Shown here in pieces: positions 1 through 13,332 of a stretch of DNA of 64,000 nt (the stretch's first letter is position 1; each line of letters opens with the position of its first letter). The notes below the pieces were generated by a model that saw only the letters and a list, made by a program, of their open reading frames with translations, did not search any database and was not told the DNA's origin. The DNA comes from Camelus dromedarius. Lineage: Eukaryota. The stretch lies in NCBI RefSeq assembly GCF_036321535.1, contig NC_087437.1:13704001-13768000 (forward strand). Reading direction: 5' to 3'. The translations under genes and the position numbers were made by a program.

Positions 1-335
1 ACCACCACTAAAGGGAAGAAATTGACTACTTGATGATCAAGAGCACATGGTCCCCAGATCTTTGGGGCCTAGGGGTTGATAGTCCTGTTACCTCAACATC
101 AACCAATCAGAGGATTGTGCACGACCTGATCACGTATCCGTGACACCCCCTCCCTCACCTGGCCTTTAAATACGCTTTGCTGAAACCCTTTGGGGAGTTC
201 GGTGTTTTCCTGGACACCAGCCACCCCATCCTCCTTGCTCAGCCCTGCAGTAAACCTTTCTCTGCTCCAAACTCCAACGTTTCAGTTTGTTTGGCCTCCC
301 GGTGCGTCACGCACATGGACTCGTCTTCGGTAACA
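1..335 (+). mobile_element. 3' part of an ERV1-class LTR, running off the window start
   Basis: CCAAT box, TATA-like tttaaata, poly(A)-signal-like agtaaa, terminal ...ggtaaca; no internal ERV sequence follows. Confidence 0.65.
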
Positions 336-1017
336 GGTTTTCCATTTCTCTACCTCTGCACAGAAGATTTAGTGCCCTGTGGTTTTCAATCCTTCGTATA
401 CAGATTTATTCCTTTCAAAAGAACTTATAAATTGGAGGCAGGCAAATTACAGTGAAAACAAGTTAGACAATGTTTTGGTAACATGAGAAAAAAAAAAACT
501 CTACATAACTTTATGAGAGCAAAAGTAAAAATGGATAGAAAAATAATGGCGTGGGCATGGAACACCCACATGTTACCTGTATCAGGTGGAGGAAGACTTA
601 ATTCCATTTATTCAACAGAATAAGTTATCCCAAATCATCATCCTTTTTCAGTGTATCATCTTTTGCAAATATTTTTTCCCATTCTGCAGGTTGTCATTTT
701 GTTTTACTTCACTGATTGGAACCTTGAAGACAGGAGTGTTTGAAGCTTCCAGTGCCAGTGTCACACCAGCAGTCTCCGTTAGCCTAAAAGGAATGTGAAT
801 GCTCAGAGCAATGAGCCCATGGAAAAAGCCAAAGACAAGAATTCCTTAGTCTTGTGTCTGAGCCCCAGATACATTTATTTTTTATTCTCAGACCTTTCCA
901 GAACTTCTTTTTACAATTGAGTTTTTGATGTACATACTATTTTAGCAAATCTTTTTGCCCTTTACTATGTGTTGTGACCTGAGCAGGCTTTGGAAATTAG
1001 AGATGAAAACCTTTTCA

Positions 1018-1635
1018 ATATATCCAGAGGAAACTCTAATTTGAAAAGATACATACACCCCAGTGTTCATAGCAGCACTATATGCAATAGCCATGACATG
1101 GAAACAGCTTAAATGTCCATCAATAAATGACTGGGTTAAGAAGTTGTGGTATATCTATACAACAGAACACTACTCAGCCATAAAAAAGAATAAAATAGTG
1201 CCATTTGCAGCAACATGGATGGACCTGGAGATTGTCATTTTAAGTGAAATAAGCCAGAAAGTGAAAGAAAAATACCATATGATACTCGCATATGTGGAAT
1301 CTAAAAAAAAAGAAAAAAGAAGACACTAATGAACTCATCTACAAAACAGAAACAGACTCACAGACAGAGTAAACAATCTATAGCTACCAGGGGGAAAAGG
1401 GGTAGGGAGGGATAATTGGGAGTTTGAGATTTGCAAATATTAACTACTAGATATAAAATAGATAAATGATAAGTTTCTACTGTATAGCACAGGGAACTAT
1501 ATTTAATATCTTATAGTAACTTATAATGAAAAAGAGTATGAAAACGAATATATGTATGCATATGTATAACTGAAACATTATGCTGTACACCAGAAATTGA
1601 CACATTGTAACTGACTATACTTCAATTTAAAAAAA
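1018..1635 (+). mobile_element. 5'-truncated LINE-1 (ORF2 C-terminus plus 3' UTR)
   Basis: ORF 1063-1329 (MFIAALYAIAMTWKQLKCPS...) is the L1 ORF2 C-terminus; 3' UTR ends in an A-rich tail. Confidence 0.92.
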
Positions 1636-2074
1636 GGGAAATAAAATGAAAATATTTTCAATCCACATACACTGAGGATCTCTTCCATTTATTAGCACCA
1701 TGTTGGGCTCCATGGAGGACACATAAATTACCTGGCCTCCATGAGACATGCAACTTGCCAAAACAAGCTGATGTATGTGAAACAACAGGACAATGAAGTA
1801 TGAAATGAAATGCTGAAATCTAAACTTACACAAAGAAGGATGCTTCATGAAGACCAGCATGGTTTTTTAGAAGCTCTGCAGAAGACATAGTGGAGCCAAA
1901 CCTCAAAGGCTGGATCTGAGTGAAAGCAAGGAAGCCAATTAGACATTCCAGGTAAGAGGAACTTGAGGGCCTAGGCTGGGCATTGCCTATTAACAGCAAA
2001 GTGATGAAGGGCTATGACATTAGTCTATGTTATGGAGGCATGGGGATTTAGGTTGAAGAGAAGAAGGCAAGTGG

Positions 2075-3135
2075 TATTCATTAATTCAGTGAGTATTTTT
2101 TAATCAATTATTATATGCCATGCACAGATCCCAACAATGAAAACAAAAAAACAATGATGGCCAAAAATTGTATTATTGGAGCTTACTGCCTAATAAGGGA
2201 GAAACATATCTGTGAAATATTCCCCTGGATATATGTAAAATTGCAAATCAGCCAAATATTTTGAAGGATAGGTCTGTGCTTCTAGGAGGTCACAGATAGA
2301 TTTAACATAGATAGGAAGGCCTCCCCCACCAAAATGACTTTAATGCTGAGAGCCAAAAAAATGTGTAAGAGTGAGTAAAGGATGGAGTGAGAAGAACGTT
2401 ACAGGCAGAAGAAAGTGAGTGCAGACCAGGGAGGAAGCGCATGGTAGATGGGCGCGGTGGCCGGGGTAGAGACAGCAAAGGGCAAGAGTGGTTTGAGGTG
2501 AAGGGGGACAGAGACTCAGGGCTGTGACCAAACAGGACTGTGAACACCGTGGTGAGGATTTGGACATTTTATACCAAGAGTGTGTGTGTCTGAGACATGA
2601 TCAGACCTCCGTTTTGCATGAATCACCCTGGATGCTATATACATAACAGTCTGAGTGGGGCTGGGACCTCAGGGTGAATACAGACAGACCATGAGGAGGG
2701 ACCTGCAAATAACAAAGGCCTAGTCAGCTGGACTCAGAGTTAGATGGTGAGGCGGGAAACTGGGAGCCAGTGTTCAGGAGCACTGTCAAAGGACTGGCAA
2801 AATGGATTGCAGTGAAGAAGTGTGATGCTAATGCCAGAGAGAGGTGCTAAGAGCTTGGACTGGCTGGTAACCAGAAGGAGGGAATGGCTATGGAAGATCA
2901 CATCGTCTTACTTAATAACAAAAATAGCACCTATGGTCATTGACTGCTTACTACATCCGAGATACATTGCTATTCTACTTGGTTCTTACAACTACCCACT
3001 AAGGTGGGCATTATCCCCATTTTATAGGAGAGGAACCTGAGAAGTAATATGCTCAAGGAGCATAGCTCATAAGTGGCAGGACCAGGGCTAGAGCCCAGGG
3101 CTACAACATCAAAGGCCAAGCAAGACTGCCTCACT
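2075..3135. mobile_element. Ancient L2 fragment(s) followed by a MIR (about 2910-3135)
   Basis: attcatt-type L2 end and purine-rich L2 body; MIR core attatccccattttatagg...gaggaacctgag. Confidence 0.6.
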
Positions 3136-4744
3136 ATGAAGATCCCGCCCTGCCCCCCCAGCAAGCTGTTAATGACTTAGGAGATGCAAGAGATAAAGTG
3201 GAACAGTTGAAAGTGACAGCAAGGTTTGAAGAGCAGAAGGAAAACCGATGATTCCAGTGATCTTCAATGTGGACAAAGAAAGGAAGGAAGCGGCTGGTTT
3301 AATTCTGGACGTACAGATGGCAAAGGGAGTGTTCACCCTGTAGGTGGAAATATGGGTGATAACAACAGAATCTTTCAAAGCATGGCCTCTCCGGCTGGCT
3401 GAGGCCAAGGGGCGGCTCAGCCATCCCAGGGCAGCACTGCAGGGCCTTCTCAGGGCTCATGAACATTGGGCTGAGAGGCGAACCTCCCATCTTGGGCGTG
3501 TATGTTCTGTTTGGAAGAATGTGTAAGACCCTCCTTCTGAACTGACATAAAAGAGCTCTTCTGCTCGGATTAAACATCCCTAACTCTAAGCAAATAACTG
3601 TACACACTTTTGAACTAAACAAGCCAAGTAAACATTAAAGAGAAAAGATTATATCACTATTACTACCCCTCCCACTAAAAAAAAAAAATTTGATTTTAGC
3701 ACTTTAATGATCAACTGAGAATATAGTGCTTTTTAGGCAAAAATTAAATAGAAGAGAACAACGAGCAACTACACGTGTAATCTTCATTAAATTCCCCAAA
3801 CTATACCTTCTTCTCCATGTTGTAAATTAATCTTTGCCGTAGAACAACTGCATAAATTATTATCAACCGAGGCAGGACTCTGAAGGAAGTGAAGCCAAAA
3901 TAAATGAACTCAGGTGTCAGAAGTGAGAAAAGCTTCAACATTTTTCATCACAATTCACTCACCAATCCTCTGATCTTTTTAAATTAAAAATTCCTTGTTC
4001 CTCTTGACTGAATCAAGACAAAATAGTGCTTTGTTTCTCATCTTTTCTAACCTACGACGCCTTTCTATTAGTTTGTATTAGGTTTGTTCAGGCCACTTTG
4101 TTAACAGAAATGTCCAGCACCCACACTCTGTTCTTACAGACCCAGCTCCAGGGACCCACATCCCCACTAAGAACCTCTTTCCTCCCAGAAGTAAGTAGCC
4201 TTGCTGTGGTGATGTTTACGTTTCCACCAAGGACTGTGTTTCTAACAAAGAAGTCTACAACTAAAAGAAGGCTGGAAATGCACTCTTCTCTGATAATCAC
4301 AACCAGGAGCTAGTCCTCAGGGATCTCGGCTCAGACACTGAAGGCCGTGTTGAGGCAGATGAATGACGGTCCGACCCTGCTGGGCAGGAGAGCCCTGTTG
4401 TGGGAGCTTCTCCACTTGGTCCAAACTGGTCAACTGCTGATTTGTGATGCTTCCACAGGGCCCTGAGGAGGGCTAGGAAATGTGAGGTATAGTTATTATG
4501 TGCATAAAGTGTCATTAACTAAAGTCTGAGGAGAGGGGCACCTACTGCCTAGCAAAGAACCTAGAACCTAGAGTGAGGAATTCAGCCACCAGCTCCTGTA
4601 TAAGGGAAATTGACCTTGCTGGTCTGAGGTGAAGTGCAGATTGGAAACCGAAGATAAATGCCAGGAAGGCGCAGGCCTACAGGACGCAGCTGTGGTTAAC
4701 CTACCCCATAACACAGAAAACGTCACCAGGTTTCCTAGGCCTCC

Positions 4745-5245
4745 TTCCTCAGTGTGGTCTGCAGAACAGAGGATCAGCCGCATCTGGGAGTTGGAGGGAA
4801 ATGCAGAATCTTGGGCCCAGGATGCAATTCCTACTAGATGGCTTGTCTTTCTGAAGAAAAAAAATGTCTCAAGACTGCCAGACATGCCCTAATTTTGCAG
4901 TGTGCAGACACTGCCTCCTACAGCCTTGCTGCTCAGGGGGTGTCCCTGGATCAGCCTGGGAGCTGAGGAAAGAGCGGGCTCTCCATCCTTGCCCAGCCCT
5001 GCTTAATCCTAATCCTGTCAACAGGACCCCCAGCTGACTGAGATCCTGCCAGGCCCCTGGCTCTCAACCTTGGCTGCACATTGGAATCACGTGGGAGTTT
5101 CCAAAACTGATCCTTGGATCCAAGCCCCCGGGATTCTGATTTAACTGATGGGGTAGGTGGCCTGAGCATCAGAACGTTTAACAGCTCCTGGTGATTCTAA
5201 CGTGAGAGCTCCAGGGCGCTCAACGGCCAGGGCTGAGAACGCCTG
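4745..5245. mobile_element. Two MER5-family hAT-Charlie non-autonomous DNA transposon remnants
   Basis: Motifs cagtgtggtc...gggaaatgcagaatc and ctctcaaccttggctgcacattggaatcac...ggtgattctaa. Confidence 0.65.
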
Positions 5246-5631
5246 GCACCTCTGCGTGCTTCGGAAGACAACTGCTTCTCACCTGGGTCTAGATTCTTCT
5301 GTCTGTTTTAGTCCTTGGTCCAAATGACACTGCAACTGAATCATTCAATGATTCTCAGCCCTGACTCCAATCTAGGACCACCTGGCATCAAGGCTGCGAC
5401 TAGCCCATACTGTACGCCTTTGTGCAAATTAGAAAAGTCACCGCTTCCCCTAGATGGTGCCGCCCCAGTCGTCCCCTTCATCCACGTGCTCCTGGGTGGG
5501 ACGTAACCTGTCCAGTCCTAAGTGGCCGCCTTGCCAGGAGAGCTGTTTTCAAAATGCTCACACACAGAGATTGTTCTGGAAGGAGCCTGGCATCAATACT
5601 GGGCAAAAAATAAAAACTGCTTTTCATTGGT

Positions 5632-5757
5632 GGGGAGGGAATGGCTCAGCTGTAAGGTGCATGCCTCGCATGCACCAGGTCCTACGTTCAATTCTTAGTA
5701 CCTGTGTTTTAAAAAAATTAAAAAATTAATCTAAAATTGCTTCCCCCATTTAAAAAA
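5632..5757 (+). mobile_element. Camelid tRNA-derived SINE (Vic-1 type), diverged
   Basis: ggggagggaatggctcag (A box) ... gttcaattc (B box), A-rich tail and ...ttccccc end; similar to the copy at 41579-41735. Confidence 0.8.
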
Positions 5758-6171
5758 ATTTTTTTTATTATAAAACAACTTCGAATATTTACAAAATTAG
5801 AAAGAACAGCGTAATGAACTTCATTCACCCATTATCCAGGTTATACATGGCCAATCTTGCTTCATTTTTCTCTCTCTTCCATTTCCCTCCCTACCTCATC
5901 TTACCCCTGGGAATTGGACAGAAAATCCCCTACATGCCTTCATGTCATCCATATGTTCAGATGACTAAAAATTTGAATTTATTTTTTTAAAGTGAAATCA
6001 TAATACAAGCATCTCACCTAAAAGAAATCAATTCCTTAATGTAATCAAATATACAGGTAATGTTTAAATTTCCTTGATTGTCTCCTGAATACATATTTTA
6101 AACTTTTTTTAGAGTTCCTTCTCCTAAGTCAGGAAGAAATAAGTTCATATATCGTAAGTGACTGGTAACTT

Positions 6172-6248
6172 TTCCTCTTCCCTCCTCTCCCCCTCCCTTT
6201 CCTCCCCTCTGTTCCCCTCCCCTGCCCTCCACTTCCCTCCTCTCCCTG
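6172..6248. repeat. C/T-rich low-complexity tract, (CTCCC)n-like
   Basis: Directly visible. Confidence 0.9.
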
Positions 6249-6375
6249 CAATTTATTTATTGAAGAAACAAGGTAATTTTCCTATAGAATTTCCAGCCTG
6301 GATTTTGCTGATTGTCTCCATGGCGTCACTCTCTCGTTCCCTGTATTTGCTACAAATGGCTAGCGAGACCTAGAG

Positions 6376-6593
6376 CAGGAACTGGCCAGCGTTTTCTGTA
6401 AAGGTTCCCATAATATTTTTGGATCTGCAGGCCACAGGGTTTTTGTCGCAGATATTCACCTGTATCTATAAAGCTAAAGCAACTGTGGACGATATGCGAG
6501 TGGATGCGTGTGGTTGTCTTTCAATAAAACTTTATTTACAAATACAGACAGCAGGCCTAATTGGCTTGAGGACTATAATTTGCCTACCTCTAA
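6376..6593 (+). mobile_element. MER58A-like hAT-Charlie element
   Basis: ttttctgtaaagg...caataaaactttatttacaaa; flanked by NNNTAGAG target-site-like 8-mers. Confidence 0.75.
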
Positions 6594-9500
6594 TCTTAGA
6601 GCCTGATCAGATGCAGATTCAAGCGTTGAGCACATACACTTCACAGACAGTGCTGTGTACTTCCATCAGGAGGCATGCAATGTCTGGTTGTCCCTCTTTC
6701 TGTGACGTTAGCAGCCACTAGTGACCATGTCTAGATCCAGTATTTCATTGAGGGGCTGCAAAATGGAAAACTTTTTTATTCCTCTGGTACTTAATTAGCT
6801 GAAGTACTTCTATAATGAGAAACTTCCCCCTCATTGATTTGGTTACTCTGGGGTAGAATTCATGAGGGAAAGGCAGAATAAATGTTTGATTCTTTCTGTA
6901 AACACTTTTCAAAATAACAAGTTGGTCACTTAGCATCTTCCAACGGTAACCAGTGGAGGACTTTTTTTCTTACTGTCACAAACTCTTGGATTTAAACAGT
7001 AGTTAATGTTTTCAATCTGTTGTGGTTATTATTCTTATTGGCTCTCTGGTTATTCAATAAACAGTCAGTGGGAGCCTCTTTAAGTTGACTCCCGAGTCCC
7101 TTGACACACCCTCTGTGTCCTGACAGCATCCCTGCCATGTGATCAATTGTGTTAAGATAGTCCAGCCTAGTCTCCTTCAGTTCCTGTTCTTGACCTGCAA
7201 TCCACTATATTTCAAAAGCCATTGGTGCAAAGGGAGTTCATTGCTGATTGCTTGGTTTCTAGACCATTTTAGTGAAAGTATTAGAAAATATGCATATTTT
7301 TAAAATATAAGATTTATCATAAATTTATACTCATTCATATTGACACTTCCGATTCTAATTTGAATTGATATCTTCTATCTTGTTTCGGTTTCTCCTTTCC
7401 CCCCTGCTGAAAATCCTAGTTCTCAAAGATATCTATACAGTTACTCAGATGCCTTATATCCCCTGCAGCTCTAGCCAAGGTTGAGCAGACAGGACTGAAG
7501 GCACCTTAGGTGAGTCATAAATGAAGAGCTTCATTTCTTAGGAAAGGGCTCTTCCATGTTCTGACTCAGTTGTGCCTCCTGCTGGGTCTCAGGGCAAAAT
7601 AAATAAGGCAAAATCATCCCATGGAGATGCCCGCAAACTGCAGACACGGAGGCCCCAGATTTCAGGGAGAGCCTCAGAGGCAGAGGTGGGAACCAAGTGC
7701 ACTTTGCGTGCTTTTACCACTTCTCCCACCGCGTCAGCCGAAGGCCAAGGGGCCCCTCCTCTGTGATCGCCCGGGGGATGGAAGAGCCACTTCTGAACAG
7801 AAACCTAAAGGTTACACTAGAAAGGGGGAAAAACAGTTCACAAACTCTTCTCGTGGTTTAGACTGGGGAGAAGTGGGCTTCTTTCTTTTCATGGAGAAAG
7901 CTATGAATATGTCACTATTTATACACCAGTAAAGGATAGAACCCCTATAGGATGTGTTATACAGAAAAAAATATATGTATATATGTATAATTTATTTTAT
8001 ATTCAACAGTTATCCATTAGGCATCTACCAGGCACTGTGTACGACCCTAGGGAATCAAAGATGAACAAGACACACTCGCTGCCTTGGGGGAAACAGAAAT
8101 GCAAGGCTACTTGAATGAAAAGCCATTTAAAACACAACAATATAAGTGGAAACGTGATTGAAGTGTATCTCATAGGAGGTGAGCCCTGCCTCCCTAGTTG
8201 TACGGTACACTTTGTAAGGGTATGAACCACCACAAGCTTAAAATGTCAGACAAGGGGACCACAGCATTCTTCATAGGTTAATTTAATCTGCCTCTCAACC
8301 AAGTTGAAAGTAAAGATGAATCGATGCCCCCTGGGGTTCCCTCACTTGAGCTCCCTGAATGCCCCAGACCAAGAACAGAGGGTAGGTGCTCTGTGAGCGG
8401 TGCTGCTCCAACACAGAGGAGGCAGACCAGGCTGGGGGGTGGGGGGCACAACTTAACAAAAGGAAATCCCTTTTCTACCAGGAGAGAAAAGAAGGACACC
8501 AAGGAAAGGATACAAAATTGAAAACCCAAATCACAAAAGAGGGCACTGCTGGGATCTCAGAGCGTGGAAGTCACAGGCACCTCTGTGCTTCGGTGTGCAG
8601 CAGGCATTTCCATCTCATAAAGTAGGATTTCTGTTAAAACAAACATGTGTACAAACTGGATTATTGTGAATATTACTTTAATGAGAATATAAACCCTAGC
8701 AACATGTCACGTTTTCACAGGAGATTCGAAATTCCGTCTTTTTGAAATACACCTATCAGTATTCATGATGCAATATGTGGATATCATAAAACAAATATCT
8801 GAAATCTCTTCCACCACTGTTTGCATCTCCCCGAGCTTTGTTTCCTGGCCTTATCTGCCAACAAAACCCGTGAAGTCTCCCTGATCTCTGATAAAGTGGG
8901 GTTTATGATGAGATTGTTTACCTGCAGCTGTATTTTCTTCCCCAGTCTCCTATTTGTGTGTGTGTGCAGACACCACTGATCTAAGGCAACAAAGCAAAAA
9001 CATGCTGTGTGCATTTCTTATCAAAGAGCCCATATGTTACCAGAATAATGAGTAAATTCCTGCTTAATACTGGATATGTTAACGGAAAATAAACCTCAGA
9101 GTAAAAATTCATTGGCAGCATGGCTGTGCCATAGTTTAAGTATATGATGTAACTTTTTAAAAATATATAAAATTGGAGTGGAATCAAGCATCTTTACATG
9201 AGTGGACCCGAACTGCTTGGGCCTTGGGTCTTCCCAGGAGAGAATGGGAGCTGGTGACCGCCTCCAAGGCCTGTATCAAAAATGGCTGCCAACCAGGTCA
9301 AAGGCGTGTCCTGTCACCAAGTTGTGTTAGCCAGAGTTAATCACATTTCTTTCTGTCTGGTTGGCTTAACCACTTCATGGGATAGTTTCCTTATGTAAGA
9401 GTATAAATATTTACCAGCACCCAAAGTCTAGGAGACGGTAGAATGTCAAAGATGGAGAGAACCTTAGAAGTGGTTCATTCCACCACCATAGGTGACAAGA

Positions 9501-9775
9501 ATCATGCCTCAGATGGTCCAGTGGCTTGTTCAGAGCAGCAAAGCTCAATTTAGGAGCTTGCTGAAGAGTATTCTAATAAAGACTGGAAGAGAATTCTCTA
9601 CAAAGGGCATACAAGTGTCTATTTAAGTTAGAGATATTTAATAACATTTCTTCTTAGGAAAACATGCAATAGTACTGAAGGAACTGTCTAGGAGTCTTCT
9701 GAGAACGACGGCTTCAGAAATAAAGGTGAGAAAATTGGAGGCAAAGACATATCCTCGATTTAGTGTCTTAAGCAG

Positions 9776-10149
9776 TGCTGTGGTCTGAATGTTTGTTTCC
9801 CCCCACATTTGTAGGTTGAAACCTAACCCCAAAGGTGATGGCATTAGGAGGTGGGACCTTTGAAAGGTAATTAGGTCATTAGGATGGAGCCCTTTATATA
9901 AGTGTTCTCATTGAAAATATCCATAAAAAGAGGTCTGGGAGGTGTCCCTTGTCCCCTCTGCTGTGTAAGGATACAGCAGGAAGTCAGCAACCTGCAGTCC
10001 GGAAGAGGGTCCTCACCCTACGCATCCACACTGGCACCCTTGATATATTGGACTTCCAGCCTCCAGAACCATAAGCAATAAAATCCTGCTCTTTATAAAC
10101 TCCCCAGTTTGTGGTATTTTCACTACAGCAGCCCAGATGGACTAAGACA
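9776..10149 (+). mobile_element. MaLR solo LTR (MLT1A-like)
   Basis: tgctgtggtctgaatgtttgt start; ttggacttccagcctccagaac; aataaa; end ...ggactaagaca. Confidence 0.85.
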
Positions 10150-10279
10150 AACATTGATAATATCCCTCAGCAGAGGGCAGAGCTTAAATAGAGTCTGCAA
10201 AGCACAGGAGGCATAAAATGTAATTCTTGTGGTGTGTTTTGTGAGCCAAAGAAAAATTCCAGTATGTGGAATCCTGTAC

Positions 10280-10386
10280 CTTTTGAACTTCAGATTTTGA
10301 ACTACAAGGGTTACTCTGCTGGCTGAAGAGGGATATCTTGACTCTATTACCCTTCTTTTCAAATTGTGGTGCAAAGCTGGAGGAAG
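10280..10386 (-). pseudogene. NEK10: NEK10 C-terminal-region exon, 107 nt, frameshifted by a 4-nt deletion
   Basis: Acceptor tttttgcattttatgcag| and donor AAG|gtacag. One frame gives LPPALHHNLKRRVIE, another gives KISLFSQQSNPCSSKSEVQK. Recalled human is LPPALHHNLKRRVIERFKKSLFSQQSNPCNLKSEIKK (111 nt). Confidence 0.92.
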
Positions 10387-12865
10387 CTGCATAAAATGCA
10401 AAAATCATCATAAGCAAATTGTTAACAATGCACAGTGAGTCTCCGGACGCATTACTAAGGGTCAGGAACAATAGTCACTCAACAATTCTAAGTAAGAATT
10501 TAAATTTTACTCCAAATAGCACAGCTTGATGTTATAGTTTTTCATTCTACGATGAAATATATTACTCTGTTCTCTTTCAAAAGGCTTTTTCTCCTTACGT
10601 TACTGTTCTTTCATTTTATTGAGATTTACTTTCCCTATAACAACGAAATGATGCTTTAATTGCACATATAAGTTTAATTTTGTAAAGAACAGACTTGACC
10701 AGGAAGGATGCATTCTGTCAGATGTATCGGGGCTTGTGTCCCACCCAGAACAGTGCTAAACACTCTGGGCACGGCCCGTGCTCTGAAGGACCTGATACTT
10801 TGGACCAGGAAGCACATATCTGCAGTAGTGCATAGTCAGAGGCCAGCCTGAGAGTGCTTCTGTACACACGGCTGGAGGGAGGTCCAATTGTAGGGACAAT
10901 CTTATCAAGAAGGACAGAAATGAATTAGCATCTATTAGGATGAGTTTGATTTAATAACATAGTAGGAAGCCACTGGTTGGAGTGGAGAGGGGATGGAAAA
11001 GTACCTGGAGGCACCTTTAGAACTTGATAATTCCCTACTGCTACCCACCAGAAGTTGCCACTTCTGTAAATCAAACACCAAAGGGCAGTGTGGGCCCAGG
11101 ACCTTCTTTCTAGTTGCTGCCCAGCGTGATTCCACCTGTCAAAGCAGCCCTTTCTGACACACCTCGCTGTCTGCTACAGCACCAGGGGGTCCTTCAGAGA
11201 GACTTACCCCAGTTCTCGCAGCTGTCAGCATCAGACTCTTAAAACCTTCGCTACGCATTTAAGTTGATAAGGCTCTGATTAACTTAGAGTCGCTTTTACT
11301 GCTCCTGACGGCTTAAATTAATGCTCATAAAAACTTTCTTGAATGAGTCAACATTCTGTCAACTTAAGATTCATACCCAGGACAATATGAGAAAGCAATG
11401 ATATTTTTCACTGTGGACAGCACCCCATCTTTAAAGTTTTCAAGGAAGAATTTTAAATTTTGCACAGAATGATGGCCATGCATAGTTTAATTGCAGATGG
11501 CATCCTAAGTATAGTAATGTATATAGGGACTGTCATAGTAAGAATACAATACGAACACCTATTTCTGGTATGTGCCAGGCACGATGAATACTCTGTGCAT
11601 TATGCCACTTTGTCCCAACAGTGAACTTACAAAGCAGGTACTATGTCCTAGGAGGTCACAGCTTAACGACATTAAGTAACACACCAGTGAGTCTTCTAGC
11701 TCGACTATTATTCTAGAGCAAACACCACCACCACCAGCATGACTGTAATATAGCCCCTTGCAGTTTATAAGCACTTCACATACTTTATTTCCTTTATCAC
11801 AACAGCCCCATAAGCTACCTGAATTTTACTGATGAAGAAACTGATTCTAGAAAAGATGTCCCTCAAACATCAGGTGTCTAAAAGCTTGGTTTGTGTTTAT
11901 TTGTTTTTATTATACCAAACAAACAAAAGAAAAGTGAAATCTCTTACATTTTATGGTAAGTCTTCTCACTCTTGCACAATATACAGGTTCTTTCTGAAAA
12001 ACTACACCTTCTAGTATCTCCAAGAATATGTTGGCAGACCATCAGTAGCCCACAGGGCCCCCTCTGACAGTGACTCAAATAATCTTTTTTTCTATTTAAA
12101 GAAGTAATTTCGACATATTACTATTTAAGAGATTTCCCTAAACGCTAACGTAAAATGTTCAAAGATATCATCAAAATAAACACACAAAATGTACAACTTG
12201 TCTTAGAATTTACAAACCCTCAAAACATGAGCCCACTTGAGAAACACAGCTTTATCTTGAATTCTATTTCATCTTCCATCCTTGTGTTAGGAACCAGAAG
12301 CCCCAAGTAGGAGGGTATGGATGGTTCTGTCTTCACCCGTCACCACTGCTGCAAACAGCAGCATGTCTCCCTGAGGACAGTTAGCGGTGTACTTTTCATC
12401 TGAAGATAGCAAAATGCTATTCCCAGCCACATCTTTTGGCAACAAGTATGGTTGTTAAGATGACAATCGGAAGGAGCTCCAACCAAACTATTTTCTAGGA
12501 GACAGATGTTTAGTTTTTTTAAAGTTGCTATATGCTGGTTTTCAAAGCATTCATTTAAAAAACAATCGAATCTTAAGTATTGAGTTAAATCCAGAGCTTA
12601 AGTTGGCTGTGCAGTTTGACCTAAACAATAACACATAAAGACTTATACTACGAGGTAACGTAAATACCCTAGTCACCTTATGTGCCCAAAGATCGATTTT
12701 GGTTTCCAGCAATGGAAATAAACCACTGATTTCATTCTCGGCTTACTGGTCTTAAGATTACCATCTCAGTTTTGATGAAAACAGATGTCAAATCAGCGAA
12801 AGCAGGGTATGGATTTTAAATCCGGCCTTTTAAAATAGTTGCTTTTAGATGATTTCCACAGATTT

Positions 12866-12879
12866 GTCTCCATGGAAAC
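12866..12879. promoter_or_regulatory. RFX X-box-like motif GTCTCCATGGAAAC
   Basis: One mismatch from the palindromic X-box GTTTCCATGGAAAC; motif only, no functional data. Confidence 0.4.
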
Positions 12880-13139
12880 CGGAGAGGAAAGGCCACCACC
12901 AGCCAAAAAGAAGCAGCTTCCCATTTAAGGTCATTTGTGGGTTGTCAAAAGGGATCAGACCCTGCAATTCAGAGTGTCTGCCACAGCACAAGTCTGTGAG
13001 ATTGTCTAGTAAATAAATATGTGAGCAAGAAAAGGTTTCGTTTGTTTGCTTGTTTTGTCAATACAGTTTTGCTTTCAGAAGTGTTCCTTTGAAATTAGCA
13101 GAGAGAGAAAACTGAGCTCAGTCTCTAACCTATAGCAAA

Positions 13140-13332
13140 TGCAAATAGATAAACAAGATTATACTGTATAGCACAGGGAAATATACACAAGATCTTATGG
13201 TAGCTCTCAGAGAAAAAAATGTCTTAATGAATAGATATATATGTTCATGTATGACTGAAAAATTGTTCTCTACACTGGAATTTGACACAACATTGTAAAA
13301 TGATTATAAATCAATAAAAAATTTAAAAAAAA
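13140..13332 (+). mobile_element. Young L1 3' end with 13-bp TSD AACCTATAGCAAA
   Basis: TSD at 13127-13139 and 13333-13345; body matches the 3' UTR of the L1 at 18847-21447. Confidence 0.9.

Larger units (their letters stand above)
5758..7445 (-). mobile_element. Old mammalian L1 3' UTR (L1MC/MD/ME class), interrupted by a pyrimidine tract and MER58A
   Basis: T-rich start and old-L1 3' UTR-like sequence; subfamily not resolved. Confidence 0.55.

Noticed and set aside
570..720. Donor-like ACAG|gtaaca after ELSLPPPDT, weakly like the NEK10 exon ending SLSPNDPT
   Set aside because: The upstream sequence is L1-like rather than NEK10-like, and there is no acceptor.
8790..8835. Minus-strand EMQTVVEEIS resembling the NEK10 C-terminal QMQTVIEEV
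   Set aside because: The match is short, the flanks do not align, there is an in-frame stop just upstream, and the exon expected before it is not seen.
8922..8980. Exon-like minus-strand segment (ttgccttag acceptor, CAG|gtaaac donor, 59 nt)
   Set aside because: No frame resembles NEK10 or any protein I recognise; splice-like signals alone are insufficient.
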